Assembly: GCA_001179505.1 (NCBI GenBank)
Contig: CDMY01000436.1
Location: 124,001 to 188,000 of the forward strand
DNA length: 64,000 nucleotides
Direction of reading: 5' to 3'
Origin: Vitrella brassicaformis CCMP3155
Lineage: Eukaryota > Protista > Chromerida
The notes below the pieces were generated by a model, which saw only the letters and a list, made by a program, of their open reading frames with translations, was not told where the DNA came from and did no database searches. This document shows positions 56,601 through 64,000 of the stretch, one piece after another; position 1 is the stretch's first letter; every line of letters starts with the position of its first letter. The translations under genes were made by a program, and so were the position numbers.

Positions 56601-58756
56601 TCCTGGACCCCCAAGTGGCTCTCCTTCGACAACTCGTAAGCACACACAGCGGCATCGCACAGGGCCCACACAAGACCGACACGTCAGTCACCTTTTGCGC
56701 GCGCACACACGCTGTTCGTTCTTGTCAGCTACTTCACCTACTGCAAGCAGAAGGGCGGCGAGGACCTGCTCTCACTCGACACCGACCAGTGCCTCTTCGA
56801 AGGTCAGTCAGTCAAACCACTCAGCAACTCACATGACATGCAGTCAGGCAGGCACCCTGCTATGTGTCCCTCCCCCCCTCCCTCCCTCCCTCCCTCCCCG
56901 TCCGTGTGTCAGATGCGGCCTTCAAGCCCTTTGCCGAGAAGTACGCCACCGACGAGTCGGCATTCTTCAAAGACTACGCCCAGTCGCACCACCTGCTGAG
57001 CGAGCTGGGCAGCAAGTTCTACCCCGCCGAGGGCATCGCCATCGACCCCCCCACCCCCGAACGACTCCGCCAGTGCAAAGAGGTGAGCACGATGGATGGC
57101 GGGGATGGTCTGGTCGCTTACGTGTCTGTCGAGCGGAGCTCTCATTTATGCGCATCTGTGTTTTTGTGGCTGCGCTGCGTGTGTCTTGTCTGCAGGCGCT
57201 GAGCAAGTTGATTGACGAGAAGAACTGCCACCCCATCATGGTGCGCCTGGGCTGGCATGACGCAGGCACATTCACCAAGGCCATCGGCGTACGCTACGCA
57301 CAGCATACACAACACAACCAACACCCCCACCCCAAAGACGCGAGCGACTCACTCATCTTGTCTTGTCTGTTGGGTGACTGTTGCCCCCCCTTGCACTGCA
57401 GATCGAGCACTGGCCTCGCTGCGGCGGTGCGAACGGGTCGATCCGTTTCGAGCCCGAGATCGCCCACGGCTGCAACGCCGGTCTGGCCAAGGCTCTGGAG
57501 CTGCTGCAGCCCATCAAGAAGGAGTTCTTCGACGTGTCCTGGGCGGACCTCATGCAGATGGCCAGCGCCACAGCCATCGAACTCGCGGGCGGCCCCAAGA
57601 TACCGATGAAGTGAGACAGACGAGGACGTTCCGCCCTCATCTGTGTGTATGTGTGTGTGTGTGTACATGTGTGTGTCAGGTATGGGCGCATCGATGCCGT
57701 GTCTGGCCGCGACTGCACCCCTGAGGGCACGTTGCCTGCCGGCGGAGCCCCCTGGCCTGGCAAGGCCAAGTCGGCTCCGGAACATCTGCGGGACATCTTC
57801 TATCGGTGAGTGAGGCAGGCAAAGAGATATTAGACAGACAGATCCTGCCTGTCCGTGTGCCATCCATCCATCCATCAGCATGGGTTTGGGCGACAAGGAG
57901 ATCGTAGCACTCTCCGGCGCACACACGATCGGACGCGCTCGAACGGTACGTGAAGTGAAGTCCATGCAGACCGGACCAGCCGAACACACACATGGCGTGT
58001 GTGGGTGTGGGTGTGGTGTGGTGTGGGTATGTGCAGGATCGCAGTGGGTTTGGTGCTGGGGACGAGTGCACCAAGTTCACCAAGGGCGGCGCCAAGCCAC
58101 GGGGCGACGGCAAACCCGGCATGGGTCAGCTCAGTCACAGCACAACAGAATAACATTATGGGGCAGGCAGCCGCCAATGTGTCTGTCGCATGTGCTGTGC
58201 TGCATGTGTGTGTGTGCGCCGCGTCGGTCAGGTCACGCTGGCGGTCAGTCCTGGACCGAGAAATGGCTGGCCTTCGACAACTCGTAAGATTCATGACAGA
58301 CAGACCACGTGTGACCATCGTGAGTGTGGTGTATGTTGGTCCACCCGTGTCATGGGTGCCTGCAGGTATTTTAAGGTAGTCAAGGACAAGGTCGACGGCG
58401 ACCTGCTCGCACTCGACACCGACAAGTGCCTTTTCGAGGGTCAGTTACGCCAGCCAAATCACATACAGAATCTCGCTCCTGTCAATGAATGCCATCCTCT
58501 CCTCCGTGGCTGGATGTGATGTGTGGTCAGATGCCGCATTCAAGCCCTTCGCCGAGAAATACGCCGCGTCACAGGATGACTTCTTCAAAGACTACGCCAT
58601 GGTCAGTGAGGCACAGCACCCCACACACCACACCACACACGCTCATCTATCATATCGGCACGTACGTGTCCCTGTCCGTCTGTCTGTCAGGCGCACAAGG
58701 CGTTGAGCGAGTTGGGGTCCAAATTCATCCCCGCCGAGGGCATCAGCATCGCGTAG
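53638..58756 (+). CDS. APX: Triple-domain ascorbate peroxidase (three tandem class I heme peroxidase domains in one reading frame)
   Basis: Three copies of NCHP...RL(A/G)[36 protein letters not shown]..(D/F)[36 protein letters not shown]; domains joined in frame through IDPPT.ERL..C.E|; a single stop at 58754-58756. Confidence 0.92.
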
Positions 58757-59168
58757 ACAGATAGACCATACACACACCGACACAGACAAGACAAGACAGA
58801 GGGGAGAGGGGGAGGCGACAGACAAACACACACGAACGTACACACGTGGTAGAGAAAGACTGACTGCTTTAGTTGGACGCCGGACAGGTCAGGTCACTCG
58901 CTGCCTGGCTGGCATCTCTGTCGTGTTTACAGCATACATACATAATCACATCACATCACATGGTGCATGTATGGCGATTTTGCCGATCGATCTCTTGTTG
59001 GTTTGGTCCTTTTGGGGTGGTTTGGTTTTGCCGGCCTGCGTCAAAGGGGAGGGAGGGAGGGAGGGCAAGGGAGCCGGGAGGGACCAGACCACGCAAGGAA
59101 GAGTCTTTTTGAGGCGGCGAGTTTTGCCTGTCTGTCCGTCCATCCGTCGGCCCATCCGTTCGTGTGCC

Positions 59169-59192
59169 TGGCCTGGCCTGGCCTGGCCTGGC
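59169..59192. repeat. (GGCCT)n pentanucleotide repeat
   Basis: tggcctggcctggcctggcctggc in the convergent intergenic region. Confidence 0.7.
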
Positions 59193-60628
59193 TGACGATC
59201 CGATCTACCACCGATCCGATCCACCTAGCTAGCGCTTACATGAACATACCCGTTTTGCTGCCTGCCGTGTGCTGCGTGGTGTGTTGTGGTGCGCTGTGTC
59301 TGTCGTGTTTCCGTGTGCTGTGTACGTCGCGGGCGCTGCACATCTTGCGCTCAAAGAGCCGAGAGAAATGGCGAAGCGACATACATAGCGACATACGCAC
59401 ATACATGACGGTAGCTATCTACATATGTAATTGGGTACCATCCCCACCAAAACACCCCCCACCCTCGATCCATCCATCCGTCAAATCCATCCATCTGTTT
59501 GTGTGTTGTGCATAGAGAGATCGACAGACACATCGGGAGGGAAGGAGTGACCGAGAAAGGGGCTGAGAGAAAGAAAGAAACCCCTGGCCTGGTGGGTGGG
59601 TTGGGTAGGAAAGTCTGTCGCATCCATCGCACTGTGCATATATAGGGGAAGAGAGAGGACTGGCGGGCGGGGAGAGAGGGCGTAGCGTAATTGACACACG
59701 GGGAAGGGACCCACCAGGCAGGCATCTAGATCTGACTGTCCTCTGGTCCACATCACAGTGTGCTCGTTTTACCTCTTCGCATCCCCAGCACTTCGATCTC
59801 GCCATCGGCCGTGTCCATGGATGGTCCCTGGCGAGTTCGAAGCGGTGGAGGAGCGAAGAGGAAATGGGCACACGGCGGGTGCACCAAATGTCGTTTGGGC
59901 AGACAGGCAAGTGACTAGAAGGAAGACACGAGCATCCGTGAGAGAGACAGCCAGGCCTTCAGCGAGTGTAGTCCAGGAGGTGATGTGTCCCTGCAATGAA
60001 TGCCATATGGAAGCAGAGAGGCTCTCCTCTTCTAACTGTTACTTACCGACGTACGGGGCGGTACGACGGCATACATGAAGTTATTGAAGGAAGGACACGG
60101 GACACCACACCCCCAGCAAGGCAAAGCAGTGAGTGACGCGAGTGGGCAGTGAGTGAGTGAGTGAGCGTTTTTGTACGTGATGGTTGATGCGATCGGTGCA
60201 CACATGGCCATGATATGATATGATATGATCCGCGAGCGAACTTTCTTCACACACATGACTCTACCTACCTACTTACATATGATCGATGGATGTGACGGAC
60301 CAGTGGCCCTTTCAGCAAGCAGCGTTGACCTGAACGAACCGTTCGAGTCCCGCGTGCCTTTATCACTGCTATATCCCCTCCCACCCACCCACAGCCAGCC
60401 GACCATCCATCCGCTTGCCCTGCCCACCCCACCCAGCGGCCACTCCACTCACACAACACATTCAAAGCATTCATTCATGTAATCTGTCCAGTCCACACCA
60501 CGCCATGCCATCCACTCAATCCACGCACTGTAATGCAACCAGCCAAACGACCTTGAAGGAACCCCTAGCAATCACGTCTTGATTGACTCTTGATTTGTCT
60601 TGATTAAGCTTCAATGGCCGCCCGCTAC

Positions 60629-63600
60629 TCATTGGTAGGAGGGCCGTGCCGTCTGAGTGAAGTTGATGGTCTTCATAGACACACACACACACACATCCAG
60701 AGAGGGAGAGACAGAGGGAACAAGGAGACACACAGGCACAGCGTCATTCAGACACACGTGTCTCTCCTCTCCCACCCAAAGCCCTTCTCCCTCCTACTTA
60801 CTGTGTTTGAGGGTCTGGGAGATGTGAAGGGTGTGGGGAAGCTCCCCTGGTAGGTGTAGGCCGGAATGGGCTGCCCCACGGCACCAGCAGCACCACCACC
60901 ATGAGTGGTCGGTGTGTGGTATGTGGGCATCGGCGCCCGGTAGGGATACGCAGCGGGTGCAGCAGGCGCAGCGTGTCCGGCAGGTGCAGCAGTGGTGGTG
61001 TATTGGGGGCGAAGCTGCTGGTACTGGTACTGGGCAGCTGAGGGCCCATACTGCTGCTGGTGCTCATACTGATACTGATACTGATACGGCTGCGGCTGCT
61101 GCTGCTGAGGGGGGTATACGGTGTATTGCGGCGTCTGATTCTGTGCGGGTCTGACATAGCCGGCCGGCAAGTTGATCTGCCGCTGGGGCGACGCCGGGGA
61201 AGGTGCCGGCAAGTATGTGATGGGGCCAACGCCAAACTGCGGCTGCTGTTGCTGCTGCTGCTGTTGCTGCCGCTGACTCGTCCAATATCCCACGGGATAC
61301 CTGGGCACGGGCCGGGTCGTCGTCTGTGGCAGTCCGCCCTGCTGGCCCGCCCCTGGTGCGATGTACTGGTGCTGCTGCGGGGCCTGGCCGCCCGCAGGCA
61401 CATAGCGCTGGGTGGAGTAGGTCGTGTATGTGGGCCCATACTGCTGCTGCTGCTGCTGCTGCGGTGCCATGTATTGAGGACGAGACTGCTGCTGCTGGTA
61501 CTGAGCAGAGGGGTGGGCCGTTGTGGGGTACTGAGATTGATGCTGCTGCTGAAGGCGGTATGTCGTGTACTGGGGCTGAGGTGCAGCTGGAGCGTATCGC
61601 TGCCGCTGCTGCCGCTGCTGCTGCCGACGCGCCGGTGGTCGCGAATGCTGTCGGCGATAGGTGGGCGGGGCCTCAAATGGCTGCGCATAGAGCGCCTCAC
61701 GGTCCGCTTCTTCCTGCAGCTGGTGGGCGTAGCGAGTACGGACGGCCTGTCGATTGTTGTAGGCGGAGTAGTTGGGGTATTCAGGCCCCAGCTCTTCGTC
61801 TGCCGAGTATCGGTGAAGCGGCAGACGCGGCCGGCGGCGGCCGGTGCCCCCGTTCTCCCGGTCCAGTCGGTCCTCCCGCTCACACCGATAGTAGTACTCA
61901 AAGGCACGATCGGTATAGTGCCGCATGTAGTCGCGCCAGGCAGCATTATGGTCTGGCACGAACTCCTCGGTCTGCGGATCCCACACGTGGTGAGACGCGG
62001 CGTCAATCACAGGCTGTGCGGAAGGCATACACACACACACACGCAGAGGTCCAGAGGCATGTCAGCAGCTCGGTTCGTCCTTCATCCCACCGGTTCGTAT
62101 TCTTCTCTGAGGTCAGGCGGCGGCTGCTCTATGGATGATCGTCTCTCCTCTTCGCCGCCGGAGAAGATACCACTCTGCACCTGCACAAACAAGATGGAAG
62201 ACATTCATCGTCTTGTGTCAGTCAGAAGGCCTTCATGATCCATCCTTCCTTCCACCATCCCCCCATCCATGCATGCGTCGTCTCACCTTTTGTGAAACCC
62301 AGTCCCGTACTCTGCGCCACAGGCCCCTGGGTGAATAGTCCCGCTCCTCCGGCCGTTGTTGTTGCAGGCGCTGCAGACGGAGGGCGGAACGAGCCGCCAT
62401 CTCCCTTTCCCGCTGGTGCTCCAGAATCTCATGGGGTGTCTTACGAGACACACACACAAGCACAGGAGGGATGAGACACAGTGTATTGTCCTCTGTATCT
62501 CTGTGTGTACCATGGACTGAGGCCGGAATCGGTATCTCTCACGGCGATTCTCGGAACCTCTGTATGGCTGGTAGCCCTCCTCCACCGAATACTGAGAATG
62601 CTGCGGGCCCACAAGGCACACAGAAGGACCAACCATGCCCAGAGACGATGGCAAAGATGAGGCACTACAGTGAATACCGGATGAACGTTTCTGTCCCTGA
62701 GAGGGCGGAATCCACTCAGACGCTCTCTGCCCGTCCAGCCAGGAGGCGGATACCCAACCTGACCCTCAGCAAACTCGCGCGATCCAGTGTCCTGCACAGA
62801 TCACACAAGTGAGCATGTCCATGGCTGTTGGTGAGTCTCATGCTTGCTTCCTCCCTCTCTCCTTCGCTCACCTGTCGTGACGGCGGCCCCCCAAGCAGAG
62901 GGTAGCCGTACATGGGACGTCCCCCAAAGGGGCTTCTGTACCACACGGGCGGCGGCACGCTTCGCGGCCTGGCCCGGCCCCACATGTCGGTCATGGACAG
63001 CGGCCCCTCCGCGACGCGCTCCATTCCCAGCCGACGGGCCAGCATCCGGTCATACTCCTTCCAGGACTCCATCGCCACACGTCGACCCGACATCTCGGGC
63101 TCTATCAGACGGGGGAACTGACCTGAGTAGTCCTTGGGCCCGATCACGCCCGGCGCGTTCTGGAAGATGCCGCGAAGACCGACGGCACGGGCGATCTCCA
63201 GCGCCTGCGGGTGGGCTGCGAGGCGAGGAGGCAGGGGTGGCAGACGGCCGGCCCTCTCTCGCGACGGGAAGGGGTACCGAAACGGCGGTCTGGTGTAGGC
63301 GTGCTTGACCTCCTCGTCTTCGGGAATGCATGGGAGGCCGCGGTAGGGCTGGCCAGGTCTGAAGGGGCGATTGGGCGTCCGGTTGGCCCCTGGCACCGCC
63401 ACGGGGCGGGTGCGATAGTCATACTCCATCAGTTCCTGACACATGGGCACACACAGAGAGAGCGAGTGGCAAGGACTGCTGGCCATTTCTCCTTGGAGCT
63501 GACTGTGTTGAAGTCGTGGACACGGGAAACGATGTCATCGAAGAGTTGCTGAGGGAAGGAGGGGAGGGAGACATGAAGGAGGGAGGCAGTGGATTGAGCA

Positions 63601-64000
63601 AGTGCCTTTGTGGTGCTCACTTGGATGCGAATGTAGTGCCCCGGCAGCCATTTCTCCCCGGTGAACTTGGCGGGGATCTCCACCGCTGAATCTCGGTCGA
63701 GAGACATCAATACCTCCATCTTCACACACAGCAAACAGCCGCAGGGCAGAGACATGACGTGAGTCAGTTCCCCGCGCTCATCTCAGTCAGGTCAGCTGCC
63801 TACGCTGTCAAATCCAGCCCGAGTGAATCTTGAAGCCACTTCCAGCGGCAGCCCGTATCGCAGGAAGAAGGCAGCGACGCGCTGGCGCTCCCTCTCCAGT
63901 TGTTTGTCTGCACGAAGGCAAGATTGTGCACGTGGGGTCCCCCCCGTCTGTCTGCGCGCCGCGGCGTACCAGCGTTGAACAGGTGGGCGAATCCCCCCAG
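60629..64000 (-). CDS. Partial gene: SAM-like domain followed by Pro/Arg-rich and Gln/Tyr/Pro-rich low-complexity regions
   Basis: Spliced VAAFFLRYGLPLEVASRFTRAGFDS|MEVLMSLDRDSAVEIPAKFTGEKWLPGHYIRIQ|QLFDDI; later exons include ORFs 62716-63486 and 60748-62040; last exon TINFTQTARPSYQ stop. The 5' end is outside the window. Confidence 0.7.

Noticed and set aside
53638-58756. Three separate tandem APX genes, or a catalase-peroxidase (KatG)
   Set aside because: There is no stop, start or intergenic DNA between domains and the junction exons are in frame. All domains have APX motifs and intact heme ligands, and KatG-specific loops are not evident.
58757-60628. Hidden gene in the 1.9 kb convergent spacer
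   Set aside because: The short ORFs are microsatellite-derived, with no consistent exon chain.
1-64000. CRISPR array, transposon, rRNA or tRNA
   Set aside because: The repeats are 2-6 nt microsatellites without unique spacers. No transposase, reverse transcriptase, terminal repeat or cloverleaf was recognised by eye.

Overview
Eukaryotic, GC-rich, intron-dense genomic DNA with short (~70-150 nt) spliceosomal introns full of (GT)n, (GACA)n and (ATGG)n microsatellites, and three 300-N scaffold gaps. The style and an intronless ankyrin-family gene suggest a chromerid alga such as Vitrella brassicaformis (inference, not verified). About 21 protein-coding genes were reconstructed by hand-splicing; no rRNA, tRNA, CRISPR array or transposon was recognised. 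Main points: (1) one spliced gene encoding three complete ascorbate peroxidase domains in tandem (53638-58756), with mosaic sequence and intron sharing between domains; (2) a prolyl-4-hydroxylase-type 2OG-Fe(II) dioxygenase fused to a PHD finger and SIM-like tail; (3) a ~25 kb run of secretory, glycan-related genes: a giant LNR/EGF/Calx-beta/filamin/PA14/CUB protein, a bacterial-type one-intron arylsulfotransferase head-to-head with an H-lectin/TSR/TM adhesin, and a catalytically degenerate GH16 fused to a pentraxin-like domain; (4) an ankyrin gene split by one in-frame TGA; (5) very tight head-to-head gene pairs and three GC-AG introns. Domain calls come from motif recognition by eye; no searches were run.
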